IMG/VR virus record: IMGVR_UViG_3300017978_000319 | Coordinates: 1-48,134 of that record | DNA: 48,134 nucleotides | Reading direction: 5' to 3' (one strand) | DNA from: a virus | Lineage: Duplodnaviria; Caudoviricetes | In this document: piece after piece, positions 10,255-18,910 of the stretch | How positions within the stretch are numbered: the stretch's first letter is position 1 | Layout of the letters: the number at the start of each line of letters is the position of its first letter | The notes under the pieces: model-generated | Seen by the model: the letters and a program-made list of their open reading frames with translations, nothing else | Told to the model about the DNA's origin: nothing | The model's database searches: none | Position numbers and translations under genes: made by a program

Positions 10255-10276
10255 AGAAACCGTCTAAAGGTAGTGT
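10255..10276 (+). promoter_or_regulatory. Candidate late promoter motif AGAAACC-N8-GTAGTGT
   Basis: Same motif at 32598, 35020 and 42871, each upstream of a virion gene block. Confidence 0.55.
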
Positions 10277-10297
10277 GCCGGAAACTGAGAGGGCGCG

Positions 10298-11446
10298 ATG
10301 ACCGTATCCAGCGAAGTCAGCAAGTCTGGCCCATACACCGGAAACGGTGTCACGGTAGCGTTTAGCTATGGGTTCCGCATCCTTGACGAGAGCCACATTC
10401 AGGTCATCAGAACCGAGGCTGGCGTAGACACCACGCTGACTACCGGGTTCACTGTCTCTGGTGTCGGAGATGCCGTTGGCGGCGCAATCACATTTGCTGT
10501 GGCTCCAACGGCATCTCAGAAAATCACATTTATTCGCGACGTTCCAAACACGCAGGAGATCGACCTTGTCAATCAAGGCGCTTTCTTTGCTGAGGTCGTG
10601 GAGGAAGGATTTGACCTCGCCTCCATGCGAGACCAGCAGCTTCAAGAGCAGCTTGACCGGGCATTGAAAATTCCAGTTGGTCAGGACAGCGGAGTTCTCG
10701 ATGACCTGATCCAAGACATCATCATCTTGGCCGACAACGTGGCCGACATCAACGCTGTCGCTGCTATTGTGGCTGACGTCACTGCTGTGGCTGGCGTGAC
10801 CGCGAGTGTGACCATCGTATCAGACATCGCGGCCAACGTCACCACAGTGGCTGGCATCGCTGCTGCGGTATCAACTGCGGCAGGCATCGACGCTGAAATC
10901 GTCATCGTGGCCGGGATCGCTGCTTCGGTTGTAGCTGTTGCCGGGGTGGACGCTGAGGTGGTCATTGTGGCTGGCATCGCCGCTGATGTGACTGTGGTGG
11001 CCGGGATCGCTGCAGATGTGACCACGGTGGCTGGCATATCAGCAGACGTGACGACTGTCGCTGGCGTGGCTGCAGACATCACCGCACTGCTGAATGGCGT
11101 GGTGCAGAAGACTTCATCCACTGGGTCTGCCATCCTACCTGCAGGGACCACGGCTCAACGCGATGTCTCCCCTTTGGCTGGGTACATCCGCTTCAATAGC
11201 ACGACTGGTAGCTACGAGGGTTACAATGGAACAGCATGGACACCTGTCGGCGGTGGCGGTCTGTTCAAAGGTAATAGCGGTGAGATCGGAAACGCCCCCG
11301 GCGACATCTTCCGCGTTAACGCGAAGACGCTGACGGCCAACACAACCATCGACGCCGACGAGAACGCATCCTGCACCGGGCCGCTGACGGTCGATACTGG
11401 TGTAACCCTGACAGTCGCCACTGGCGGCACACTGGCGGTGATCTGA
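10298..11446 (+). CDS. Tail fibre protein
   Basis: T7 gp17-like N-terminal anchor (GPYTGNGVTVAFSYGF), 10-aa repeat stalk, LPAGTTAQR..RFNSTTGSYEGY fibre motif. Confidence 0.85.
   Translation: MTVSSEVSKSGPYTGNGVTVAFSYGFRILDESHIQVIRTEAGVDTTLTTGFTVSGVGDAVGGAITFAVAPTASQKITFIRDVPNTQEIDLVNQGAFFAEVVEEGFDLASMRDQQLQEQLDRALKIPVGQDSGVLDDLIQDIIILADNVADINAVAAIVADVTAVAGVTASVTIVSDIAANVTTVAGIAAAVSTAAGIDAEIVIVAGIAASVVAVAGVDAEVVIVAGIAADVTVVAGIAADVTTVAGISADVTTVAGVAADITALLNGVVQKTSSTGSAILPAGTTAQRDVSPLAGYIRFNSTTGSYEGYNGTAWTPVGGGGLFKGNSGEIGNAPGDIFRVNAKTLTANTTIDADENASCTGPLTVDTGVTLTVATGGTLAVI
10727..11086 (+). repeat. About 12 imperfect 30-bp (10-aa, VAGIAADVTT-like) tandem repeats
   Basis: Visible in both protein and DNA. 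Confidence 0.85.
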
Positions 11447-11826
11447 TGAGCGAAGTACGGGCGAACACGATCAGCAACGGCGCAGGTACTGGGCCAGCCA
11501 CGCTCACGAAGCAGTGGGCGGCAAAGGCGTGGCACAATTTTAACGGGACAGGCACCGTTGCAATTAGGGACAGCGAGAACGTCTCGTCTCTAACAGATCG
11601 CGGCGTTGGCCTCTACACTGTCGGGTTCTCCAATGCCTTCGGCAGTTCCGACTACGCAACGATCCTGACGCAAGGGTCAGATACAGCGGGCGGTGACCAA
11701 AGAACAACGATACACACTGACCTTGCGCCGACGACGACGGCGCACGGGGTTGGGTGCGTCTTTGCCAGTGTGGCTTATGTTGACATTGCCCGTGTGCAGG
11801 GTGTCGTACACGGAGACCTCGCATGA
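11446..11826 (+). CDS. Tail fibre tip/receptor-binding module 1
   Basis: AKAWHNFNGTGTVAIRDSENVSSLTD motif; paralogous to the next two ORFs. Confidence 0.7.
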   Translation: MSEVRANTISNGAGTGPATLTKQWAAKAWHNFNGTGTVAIRDSENVSSLTDRGVGLYTVGFSNAFGSSDYATILTQGSDTAGGDQRTTIHTDLAPTTTAHGVGCVFASVAYVDIARVQGVVHGDLA

Positions 11827-11832
11827 GTACCG
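11809..11832 (+). repeat. 24-bp direct repeat CACGGAGACCTCGCATGAGTACCG, copy 1
   Basis: Exact match to 12198-12221. Confidence 0.9.
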
Positions 11833-12215
11833 TCGTAACAGAAAACCTGAAGCGCGCGACCGAGGCCGTGGCGCGATCCCTGCGCGGGGTGGCGGCAGCG
11901 TGGGCTTCTTTGAACGGCACGGGGACCATCACCATACAGGACAGCCAAAACACGTCGTCCTATACTGACAATGCCGCTGGGAACTACACGCAAAACTTCA
12001 CTGCAGCTATGGGTGATGCGGTATACACCCCCACCTTTGGCTCTCACGGCGGCACAGTGGCAAACATATCTTCGGGTATGGTGGTAGTGGGTGCGACAGG
12101 CGCAACGCCGACATTGAAAACCTCGACGCAGCTTACTATCCAAGTCGGCTCGTCGGCCAACGGGGTGTCCGCAGACAACGTGGTTTACTCGGCTATTCAC
12201 GGAGACCTCGCATGA
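11823..12215 (+). CDS. Tail fibre tip module 2
   Basis: AAAWASLNGTGTITIQDSQNTSSYTD; ends HGDLA like module 1. Confidence 0.7.
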   Translation: MSTVVTENLKRATEAVARSLRGVAAAWASLNGTGTITIQDSQNTSSYTDNAAGNYTQNFTAAMGDAVYTPTFGSHGGTVANISSGMVVVGATGATPTLKTSTQLTIQVGSSANGVSADNVVYSAIHGDLA

Positions 12216-12221
12216 GTACCG
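12198..12221 (+). repeat. 24-bp direct repeat, copy 2
   Basis: Exact match to 11809-11832. Confidence 0.9.
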
Positions 12222-12592
12222 CAGCCTTTACCACGCTCCAGTCGTCTGGCGGTACGGTCCCGACCGAGACGATCCGGCGCACGACGCCGCGCGCCCAGAT
12301 CAATTTCAATCAGGTCGGCGTCGTGTCGATCCGCAGCAGCTTCAACGTGTCGTCGATTACCGACATCGGGGTCGGCACCACAGACGTCAACTTCACAAAC
12401 GCCTTCGCCGATGCCAACTACGTCCCCACCTCTGGCGGCGGGTCTGACAACATATCCAGCAACTGCTACGCGGTGGTCGGCAATCAGGCCGCAGGCATCA
12501 AGTCTACGACAACGTGCCGGGTGGCCCTTGTGAACGCAGCGGGTTCTGCTGCCGACACGGTGGAGCCAACCGTGGCCTTCGCTCAGGGATAA
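12212..12592 (+). CDS. Tail fibre tip module 3
   Basis: RAQINFNQVGVVSIRSSFNVSSITDIGVG..VNFTNAF. Confidence 0.7.
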   Translation: MSTAAFTTLQSSGGTVPTETIRRTTPRAQINFNQVGVVSIRSSFNVSSITDIGVGTTDVNFTNAFADANYVPTSGGGSDNISSNCYAVVGNQAAGIKSTTTCRVALVNAAGSAADTVEPTVAFAQG

Positions 12593-12596
12593 GCCG

Positions 12597-13028
12597 ATGC
12601 ACCTGATTGACCGCCTCCACGACGCCAAGCAACACCTCTCCCCGGTGCAGTCGCAATACCGCGTCCTGTTCGAAGACCCGGCATATCCAGACACGCCAGC
12701 CTGCGTCCTCGTTCCCGATCCGAACTGGCTGGCCGCTGCGCTTGCTGGGGGCGTCCTGCCGCCCATCGACACCTACCTGCGCGATCAGTCCGTCCCCGAT
12801 GGCGAGCGCAAAGAACACCCCTACGCCGAACCCATCGGTCCTATGACCGAGGAGGAGGCCATTGAGTACCTGATCATGAAGGACATCCCCCCGCGCGTCT
12901 GGCGGGATTACAAGGGAAACCGTCAGATCATGAAGATCGTGCCTGTCGAACTGATCCCCTCCGACCGCTCCTTCCGCAATGCGTGGCGCGTGTCGCAGGA
13001 ACCCACCAACCAGAAGGAAGCTGCGTGA
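12597..13028 (+). CDS. Putative tail fibre assembly protein A
   Basis: Follows the fibre genes; PSDRSFRNAW motif. Confidence 0.55.
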   Translation: MHLIDRLHDAKQHLSPVQSQYRVLFEDPAYPDTPACVLVPDPNWLAAALAGGVLPPIDTYLRDQSVPDGERKEHPYAEPIGPMTEEEAIEYLIMKDIPPRVWRDYKGNRQIMKIVPVELIPSDRSFRNAWRVSQEPTNQKEAA

Positions 13029-13378
13029 TGACCGTCCTCATCAACATCAACGGCGACATCCGCGATGCCGCCTCTCTGACCATCCCGCCCAATCGGGCGT
13101 TCCGCAATGCGTGGCAGTTCTCTGGCCCTGCGGTCGAGATCGATATGACCAAGGCTCGCGGCATCCAAAAGGATCGCCTGCGTTCCGAGCGCAAGCCGAA
13201 GCTGGAAGAACTGGATGCTCAGTACATGCTCGCCGACGAGAACAGCGACAGCGCCGGGAAGAAAGCCGTGGCCGAGCGCAAGAAGGCCTTGCGCGACGTG
13301 ACAGCCGATCCCCGGATCGAAGCAGCCGCCACCCCGGAGGCGCTGCAGGCGCTGACGCTCGACGCTCTGATCGGCTGA
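13028..13378 (+). CDS. Putative tail fibre assembly chaperone B
   Basis: RAFRNAW..LRSERKPKLEELD..ALRDVT, resembling fibre chaperones. Confidence 0.55.
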   Translation: MTVLININGDIRDAASLTIPPNRAFRNAWQFSGPAVEIDMTKARGIQKDRLRSERKPKLEELDAQYMLADENSDSAGKKAVAERKKALRDVTADPRIEAAATPEALQALTLDALIG

Positions 13379-13382
13379 CGCC

Positions 13383-13904
13383 ATGCGGTTCTGGCTGTAC
13401 CTCCCCGTCACGATCCTCGGCTGGCTGCTGGCATACCCGCTGGTTCCTCTGGCTGTTGCCCTGTGTGACAGGGACGGACGCCTGCCGCGCCTGCTGCGCT
13501 GGCTGGAGACGCATGACGCGCTGGGGTGGACAGGCCCAGCAAGCGAGGAAGCCACCCGCCGTACCACGGAGCGTTTTGGTCAGCGCGCTGGCCTGATCCA
13601 TTACCTGTGGCGCAACAAGGCTTACACGCTCCGCTACTGGATGCGGGCGCGGATCACCGACGACATGCCTCGATCCCAGTCTGGCGTCTCGGTCCCAGCG
13701 CGCTGGGGTTACTCGTATTGGCGCGGGCAGATCGGCCCGTACTGGGAGTGGCAACCACGGATTGGTCTGGGCTGGGTTCACCTGTACCTACGGATTGGCT
13801 GGAAGATGAAGCCACTTCTGGATGGGCCGGGGCCTTATGGCCTGTCGGCTGGTATTTTCACCGGGGTCTCAATCCGATCTGATGACTGGGACGATTACAT
13901 ATAA
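13383..13904 (+). CDS. Trp-rich membrane-associated phage protein
   Basis: Hydrophobic N-terminus; LWRNKAY and IGWKM motifs. Confidence 0.6.
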   Translation: MRFWLYLPVTILGWLLAYPLVPLAVALCDRDGRLPRLLRWLETHDALGWTGPASEEATRRTTERFGQRAGLIHYLWRNKAYTLRYWMRARITDDMPRSQSGVSVPARWGYSYWRGQIGPYWEWQPRIGLGWVHLYLRIGWKMKPLLDGPGPYGLSAGIFTGVSIRSDDWDDYI

Positions 13905-13930
13905 ACGCTCTTACGTGGGCGTTATTTTCT
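13904..13930 (+). terminator. Possible intrinsic terminator before the membrane/holin cluster
   Basis: AACGCTC/GGGCGTT stem followed by ATTTTCT. Confidence 0.4.
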
Positions 13931-13934
13931 GACT

Positions 13935-14213
13935 GTGGGGGTTTGGGAATTGGAATTGCTAAAAGAATACTGGGCAATTTTTGTTGGCGCGGTCGCTTTG
14001 ATCGTGTGGCTCGTCAGGCTGGAGGGTGCCGTGAAGTCAGTTGCAAAGGACAATCGCGCGCTGTGGCGTCAGAGGGCAGAAGACCTCGAAGCTACGCGCA
14101 CCGCCCGAACTGAGACCAACGCCCTACTGCACAAGCTTGACGCCAAGTTGGACGCGGCCTTCTCCGAGGTGCGCGGTGACATCAAAACACTATTGCAAAG
14201 GGACCACAAATGA
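13935..14213 (+). CDS. Single-TM plus coiled-coil protein (holin/lysis accessory candidate)
   Basis: YWAIFVGAVALIVWLV followed by a charged helix. Confidence 0.55.
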   Translation: MGVWELELLKEYWAIFVGAVALIVWLVRLEGAVKSVAKDNRALWRQRAEDLEATRTARTETNALLHKLDAKLDAAFSEVRGDIKTLLQRDHK

Positions 14214-14494
14214 ACGCTGAACCGATCTTCTTCGCGTGGACGCGATCCTTCTGGCTGGGCGTGATGCCTGCGCTGCTGACCGTTCTCGATGTCGTTGTGA
14301 TTTTCGCAACGTCGGCGCTTGGCGATCCGTCGCTGCACGGCCCTGTGGCCACCATGCTGTCGTGGGTGATCCCGGTCGACACGGCTCAGGTGCAGTCGGT
14401 CATGCAGACCCTTGCGCCTGTGTATGCCTTGATCGTGGCACAGCAGCGGGCAGGCGCAGCGCGGCCTTACACCACTGACCCGAGGGCGCGCTGA
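14210..14494 (+). CDS. Small membrane protein, holin candidate
   Basis: Two to three hydrophobic segments; ATGA-coupled. Confidence 0.5.
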   Translation: MNAEPIFFAWTRSFWLGVMPALLTVLDVVVIFATSALGDPSLHGPVATMLSWVIPVDTAQVQSVMQTLAPVYALIVAQQRAGAARPYTTDPRAR

Positions 14495-14856
14495 TGCTGC
14501 GAGCAATACTTGGCTGGCTGTCTGGCGGCGTCCTTGACCGGGTATTCCAGACGGTCGACAAGCAGATCGAGGCGCAGACCGACCGCGAGACCCTGAAGGC
14601 TGAAATCCTGATGGAGCATATGCGGACCCGGCCTGACTTCATGAAGGCTGGTGGGTTCTGGCTGATGCTGCTGTTCGCTGCACCTTTGGCCTTCTGGTGG
14701 GGCGCGGTGATCCTGTACTCGACCTTCTGGTGCGCCCGTTGCGCCTATCCGCAGCCGTGGACCATTGCCGCACTGCCCGCCCCTCTGGATCAGTGGGCGG
14801 GCCTGATTGTCATGTCGATCTTCGGGGTCATCGGCCTGACCCAGTTCCGGCGTTAA
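14494..14856 (+). CDS. Membrane protein, holin candidate
   Basis: Amphipathic N-terminus plus TM segments; last gene of the late strand. Confidence 0.5.
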   Translation: MLRAILGWLSGGVLDRVFQTVDKQIEAQTDRETLKAEILMEHMRTRPDFMKAGGFWLMLLFAAPLAFWWGAVILYSTFWCARCAYPQPWTIAALPAPLDQWAGLIVMSIFGVIGLTQFRR

Positions 14857-15209
14857 CGGGTGCGCTTCCCCGGCCTGACCACGACGATAGCGTGGAGGTC
14901 GGGACGATCCTTCAGGACGCGAGCAGCGGGTTGCCACGACTTACGACCAGCCCGCTGCGCCATATCCTCGTCCCTCATCTGCTGGGCCATGCGGCAGAGC
15001 ATCGACCAAGCGCCAGCTTCCTGCGCCGCAGCCCGGTCATAGCGCATCGCCATGAACAGGTCGTAGAACTCAGCGCCACGCTGGAGGCGGCGGTTGTTGA
15101 AGGAGAGGCGGCACTGGGACGTGCAGAACCGTGCGCCCGGTTTCATGCCCGCCAGCGGCTCTCCGCACTCTTGGCAGGCGCGTGTGGCTTTCTTAGAAAC
15201 GTGGTCCAT
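14853..15209 (-). CDS. Zinc-finger protein (CxxC..CxxxC)
   Basis: CQECGE..RFCTSQC; GGAG SD; has its own promoter. Confidence 0.7.
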   Translation of the reverse strand: MDHVSKKATRACQECGEPLAGMKPGARFCTSQCRLSFNNRRLQRGAEFYDLFMAMRYDRAAAQEAGAWSMLCRMAQQMRDEDMAQRAGRKSWQPAARVLKDRPDLHAIVVVRPGKRTR

Positions 15210-15253
15210 TATAGGCTCCCTCTGGCGATGCGTTTAAACGGTTAATGCCAGAG

Positions 15254-15272
15254 TGTTGTGAAAGCGTCAACA
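15254..15272 (-). promoter_or_regulatory. Degenerate operator TGTTGTG-AAAGC-GTCAACA overlapping a leftward -35 (TTGACG)
   Basis: Two mismatches to the TGTTGYG-N5-CRCAACA consensus. Confidence 0.5.
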
Positions 15273-15299
15273 GAAAAGCGCCCCGTCTCCGGGGCGCTG
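15273..15299 (-). terminator. Intrinsic terminator of the recombination operon
   Basis: AGCGCCCCG-GAGA-CGGGGCGCT plus TTT on the minus strand. Confidence 0.8.
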
Positions 15300-15322
15300 T
15301 CTTATCTGCGTCGTCCTGATGG

Positions 15323-15643
15323 TCAGGCGGCGTCGGCTTCGTTCTCGTCTTCGTCTTCCGGGTCAAGCCGCTCGTCACCCGAGGAGATGCCAGCAGTCAT
15401 CGCCGCCAGCAGCGGGCCGGGTTCTTCGGCAACCGGGGCCTCCGGGGCGTCTTCCACCCGGCGCGACTTCTGCTCGACCTTCACCTCGTCGATGGAGGCG
15501 GCGGCGATCAGAGCGGAATAGTTGCCCGTCTCATGGGCCTCCTTCGCCAAGGTCAGGGCGGCGAGGTTCTGGTTGATGTCGTTCGGCTTCAGGACGAGGA
15601 AGGCCTTGATGGTGATCGCGAGGCCAGTCTGGTTACGTGCCAT
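15323..15643 (-). CDS. Hypothetical protein with acidic tail
   Basis: AGGAG SD, typical codon bias. Confidence 0.7.
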   Translation of the reverse strand: MARNQTGLAITIKAFLVLKPNDINQNLAALTLAKEAHETGNYSALIAAASIDEVKVEQKSRRVEDAPEAPVAEEPGPLLAAMTAGISSGDERLDPEDEDENEADAA

Positions 15644-15663
15644 GGATGTCTCCTTTGATGGCG

Positions 15664-15867
15664 TTATTCGGGCTGTGTTCCGTTCCGCGTCTTGCCCGAG
15701 GCGACACGGATGGCGTCATGTGCAGCGAGGCGCATGAGGTGGGCATCAGAGACGCTTGCAGCGATCTTCTGAAGGTCGGTGGCGAGTGACCGAATGACGG
15801 TCACTGCGTTGGCGATGTCGGCCTGATCGTTCAGCGCGATCTCGAGGCGGGCGAAGCGAGGGGTCAT
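15664..15867 (-). CDS. Hypothetical protein
   Basis: ATGA overlap with recT. Confidence 0.6.
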   Translation of the reverse strand: MTPRFARLEIALNDQADIANAVTVIRSLATDLQKIAASVSDAHLMRLAAHDAIRVASGKTRNGTQPE

Positions 15868-16769
15868 ATATCATCCCCCGGCTGCGGCCCCGGATCGCCA
15901 GCCTGTCCGTCGATGATCTCGCCCGTATCAGGATCGTGATCCACCTCGTCGGCTTGCTGGGTCTGCTGGGGCGTGATGTCCTTCAGGGCGGCAGCAGCAG
16001 CCCCGCGCTTCTTCGCGGTCGTGACGGTCGCCTGCTCGCCCGGTGCGTCTGCCTCGACGTCGAACGAGTAGTCGTCGTCGATCCGCTCTGCTGCGCTGTG
16101 CAGGCTGTCGCGGTCGGTCGAAGACGGCAGATACTTGGACAGGCGGCGGAACACGGTCTTGCGCGCCATCTCCGACCAGTCGGTCGACCAAGGCGTGGAC
16201 TTGATCTTCCCGGCCTTGAATGCGCGGTAGGCGTCCGAGCGGTCGCGGATGCGGTTGACATCCTCGGAGGTCATCACGTCGAAGACGATCCCGCCGCTCA
16301 CCAGCACGGCCATGGCGTAGACGGCGTAGACCTCACCGCGCGGCTGCTTCAGGTCGATCTGGTGGACGATGGGCCGCTCCTGATCGGTCGGCGCGTAGAC
16401 GAAGATGTCGTTGTCGCGGACCACCTCGACGACCAGCGACTTGATGAGGCCGCTGTTGTGGGCCAGCTTCAGCAGTCCGCGCATCATCGGGCGGTAGGAT
16501 GCGACCCCGTTATAGTCGATCACCAGCGCGGCCTCGCGACCGTCGAGGATCAGGCCATCAGCAGCAGCGTTCGTGACAGCGCCGTAGAGCGACTGGGGAT
16601 CGCGGACCTTGTCGATGTTCCGCGTCATGGAGATCGCCGTCTGGGCGGTGCGGACGAAGCGGGCAGAGGTGATGTGACCCGGCAGCGCCTTGGCGAACTC
16701 GGTCTCCATCTTGGCGATGTTCGCCTTCACCACGGGGATCAGGTTATTCTCGGTACTCGGTGCATTCAT
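15864..16769 (-). CDS. recT: RecT-family ssDNA annealing protein
   Basis: PWSTDWSEMARKTVFRRLSKYLP signature. Confidence 0.9.
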   Translation of the reverse strand: MNAPSTENNLIPVVKANIAKMETEFAKALPGHITSARFVRTAQTAISMTRNIDKVRDPQSLYGAVTNAAADGLILDGREAALVIDYNGVASYRPMMRGLLKLAHNSGLIKSLVVEVVRDNDIFVYAPTDQERPIVHQIDLKQPRGEVYAVYAMAVLVSGGIVFDVMTSEDVNRIRDRSDAYRAFKAGKIKSTPWSTDWSEMARKTVFRRLSKYLPSSTDRDSLHSAAERIDDDYSFDVEADAPGEQATVTTAKKRGAAAAALKDITPQQTQQADEVDHDPDTGEIIDGQAGDPGPQPGDDI

Positions 16770-16944
16770 CGGATGGTTCCTTCAATTCGGCGATCCTCAG
16801 CAGGAGAGCGCCAGTTGCGTGTGGCTCGATCTGACGGAGGAGACGCTGCGCCGCCTTCGCCATGACGGGGTCTGATCGGCGGCGGATGAAGTGTGCCGCC
16901 GACCAGTACCTACCCGTCAGGTCATGGAGTGATGTTGCCGTCAT
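16744..16944 (-). CDS. Hypothetical protein
   Basis: Fills the gap between operon genes; start uncertain. Confidence 0.4.
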   Translation of the reverse strand: MTATSLHDLTGRYWSAAHFIRRRSDPVMAKAAQRLLRQIEPHATGALLLRIAELKEPSDECTEYRE

Positions 16945-17428
16945 CGAAGTCTGGGTCGGTGGATGGTCGGCTATCAGGACCGAAAATCTCGTCGAGGTCA
17001 GCGTCGGTCAACTCAGACCCCACGCGCCCACCGAAGGGTGGCTCGGGCTTCGGCTGGTACGTGATCGCGTTCTCCGACAGCCGCTTCATGGTATCGGTCA
17101 GCGGGTTGATGAAGTCGACCTCGATACCGTTCTCGCGGCCAAGGTCGATCACCTTGGCGAGCGAGGTCATGAACTGCTGGCGCTTCGCCTCCTCGGCGCT
17201 GGGCAGGTTCCCGATCAGGGTGAAGGCGTCAGCAATTGCCTGATAGTGGTCAGGATCACGGATGACTTCAGCTTGATGATCAGGTTCGCCGTATACGCCC
17301 CACCGCATGAATACGCACGGAGCGACATGGCCCTCGATGTGGAGCGCCGCAACCGGGTTCCGCAGACCCTTCGCAAGCATCGCCCGCGACAGGTCATCCA
17401 TTCGCCCCTGTACGATTTCAACGTCCAT
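16922..17428 (-). CDS. Hypothetical protein (168 aa)
   Basis: TGATG coupling to the exonuclease gene; GGAGG SD. Confidence 0.7.
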   Translation of the reverse strand: MDVEIVQGRMDDLSRAMLAKGLRNPVAALHIEGHVAPCVFMRWGVYGEPDHQAEVIRDPDHYQAIADAFTLIGNLPSAEEAKRQQFMTSLAKVIDLGRENGIEVDFINPLTDTMKRLSENAITYQPKPEPPFGGRVGSELTDADLDEIFGPDSRPSTDPDFDDGNITP

Positions 17429-18327
17429 CACGCATCCTCCCCAACAGGCGCGGGCGTCACGGTGTATGCCCACGGCTTGAACTTCAGTTCCGTCACGCCA
17501 GCCCGGTGACCCGGCCATCGGTCGACCGCCTTGCACTGGGCGTATGTGGTCAGGGCGCGGGACATGATCACGCGGCCCTCCTCGACGATGGATGGCGGCA
17601 GTTCGTAGATCGCGTGGCAGAACGGCTTGGTCTTCTCCAGCGCGAGGAAGACGAAACCCTCGACGTTCTGGCCGAGCGCGCGGTAGCCGTCCGAGTACCA
17701 TGCCTCCTGCGCGTGGTAGCCGTAGTTGACGACAGACCGGGCGAAGGGATCGAAGCCAGCGTCGATGGTGGACTTCAGGTCCAGCATGATGCCGAGGTCG
17801 GAGCGGTAGAGGTCGGGCCGACACTTGCAGAGCATGCCGCTCTCCTCGTCGATCCAGAAAGCCGAATGCTCCACCTGACTGTGCGGAGAGACGATCAGGC
17901 CGTTCAGGAAGGCGTCGGCGTGGACCACATCGCGGACCTCGAGAGCAGCTTCGAAGTCACCCTCGGTCAGCAGTAGACGCCCGGTGTTACCAGCCTCGGC
18001 GAGGAAGTCCTTCCAGTTGTTTCCGCGACGATCCTTCGGCCCCTTCATGACCTTGACCTCGAACTCCTCAGGCTGGAGGACGGCAAGGTGGATCGCTTCG
18101 CCCACGGAGAAGTGGGTTTTCTCAGCAGGCTCCGCATACCGATAGTGCGCCGGGGTTTGGTTGTGGATCGTCCAAAGGCCAGACTTAGAGATGCCGGGGC
18201 CAGCGTGGTAGGCCTCGTTCTCGATCATCGGATGGATGCCGGGGCTGACGTTCTTGATCGTCTCGGCGTCGTAGGGTTTGTACGGGATCATGTCCGTCCC
18301 GGTCTCTGTGGTATCGGCATCGCTCAT
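17428..18327 (-). CDS. RecE/exonuclease VIII-like PD-(D/E)xK nuclease
   Basis: YHAGPGISKSGL, KCRPD..DLKST, YHAQEAWY; close to recT. Confidence 0.85.
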   Translation of the reverse strand: MSDADTTETGTDMIPYKPYDAETIKNVSPGIHPMIENEAYHAGPGISKSGLWTIHNQTPAHYRYAEPAEKTHFSVGEAIHLAVLQPEEFEVKVMKGPKDRRGNNWKDFLAEAGNTGRLLLTEGDFEAALEVRDVVHADAFLNGLIVSPHSQVEHSAFWIDEESGMLCKCRPDLYRSDLGIMLDLKSTIDAGFDPFARSVVNYGYHAQEAWYSDGYRALGQNVEGFVFLALEKTKPFCHAIYELPPSIVEEGRVIMSRALTTYAQCKAVDRWPGHRAGVTELKFKPWAYTVTPAPVGEDA

Positions 18328-18349
18328 GTGCTGTCTCCGTGCTGAAGTA

Positions 18350-18394
18350 TGTTGCGGTGGTCACAACATAGTCGACAGGTTTTCAGGGTGTCAA
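18350..18394 (-). promoter_or_regulatory. Leftward sigma70 promoter (TTGACA-N18-TATGTT) with operator 18350-18368
   Basis: TGTTGCG-GTGGT-CACAACA overlaps the -10/+1 region. Confidence 0.75.
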
Positions 18395-18443
18395 CACAGG
18401 ATTTCAGAATTTCAGCGAATGGCAACCATAACTATTCATAACA

Positions 18444-18472
18444 TTGACGATGTAACTTTCACAACGTATGAT
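18444..18472 (+). promoter_or_regulatory. Rightward sigma70 promoter TTGACG-N17-TATGAT
   Basis: Near-consensus hexamers; operator half-site CACAACG in the spacer. Confidence 0.8.
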
Positions 18473-18500
18473 GCGAACTCCACATCAACGAGGAAACGAC

Positions 18501-18707
18501 ATGACGCCTTGGCAGACTGTCCACCAGAAGTTTGGACTGCCCACCGCGAAGCTGGCGAAGCTGCTCGGTCGCGACCGTTCGAAAATCTACCGACACCTGA
18601 AGGACGACGAGGGTTTGATCTCTGGCACAGACCAGAAGCTGATCATCGAAAGAGCGCGAGACGCAGGCGTCGATATCACGCCTTCCGATCTGACCCCGGT
18701 GGTCTGA
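18501..18707 (+). CDS. Cro-like HTH regulator
   Basis: 68 aa; TAKLAKLLGRDRSKIYRHL HTH; first gene after the divergent promoter. Confidence 0.7.
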   Translation: MTPWQTVHQKFGLPTAKLAKLLGRDRSKIYRHLKDDEGLISGTDQKLIIERARDAGVDITPSDLTPVV

Positions 18708-18910
18708 TGGCCAGCCCGACCATGCAGGAGCAGGCCGACTTTCTGGACTGCCTCGTCAGGTCGGGAAGGATGGCTGATGGAATGCAGGCCGGGGAGCGTT
18801 GGGTCAGGCTGACCCGCGAGCAAACCGAAGTGCTGCTCTCAATTCAAAACCGCCTCGAAAGAATGGCCCCTCATGAAGCAAAGATTAGGAAGATGGTGAC
18901 TGGCAAATGA
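18707..18910 (+). CDS. Hypothetical protein
   Basis: TGATG coupling. Confidence 0.6.
   Translation: MASPTMQEQADFLDCLVRSGRMADGMQAGERWVRLTREQTEVLLSIQNRLERMAPHEAKIRKMVTGK

Noticed and set aside
10727-11086. 30-bp periodic repeats as a CRISPR-like array
   Set aside because: In-frame coding repeats without unique spacers; the same applies to 42322-42800
10298-13904. Diversity-generating retroelement as in BPP-1
   Set aside because: No reverse transcriptase and no TR/VR pair differing at adenines
16922-17824. Extended ORF-track starts (16922-17824, 18278-18910, 20278-20847, 20535-21248, 33256-33555)
   Set aside because: Extensions overlap real genes; coupled downstream starts fit better
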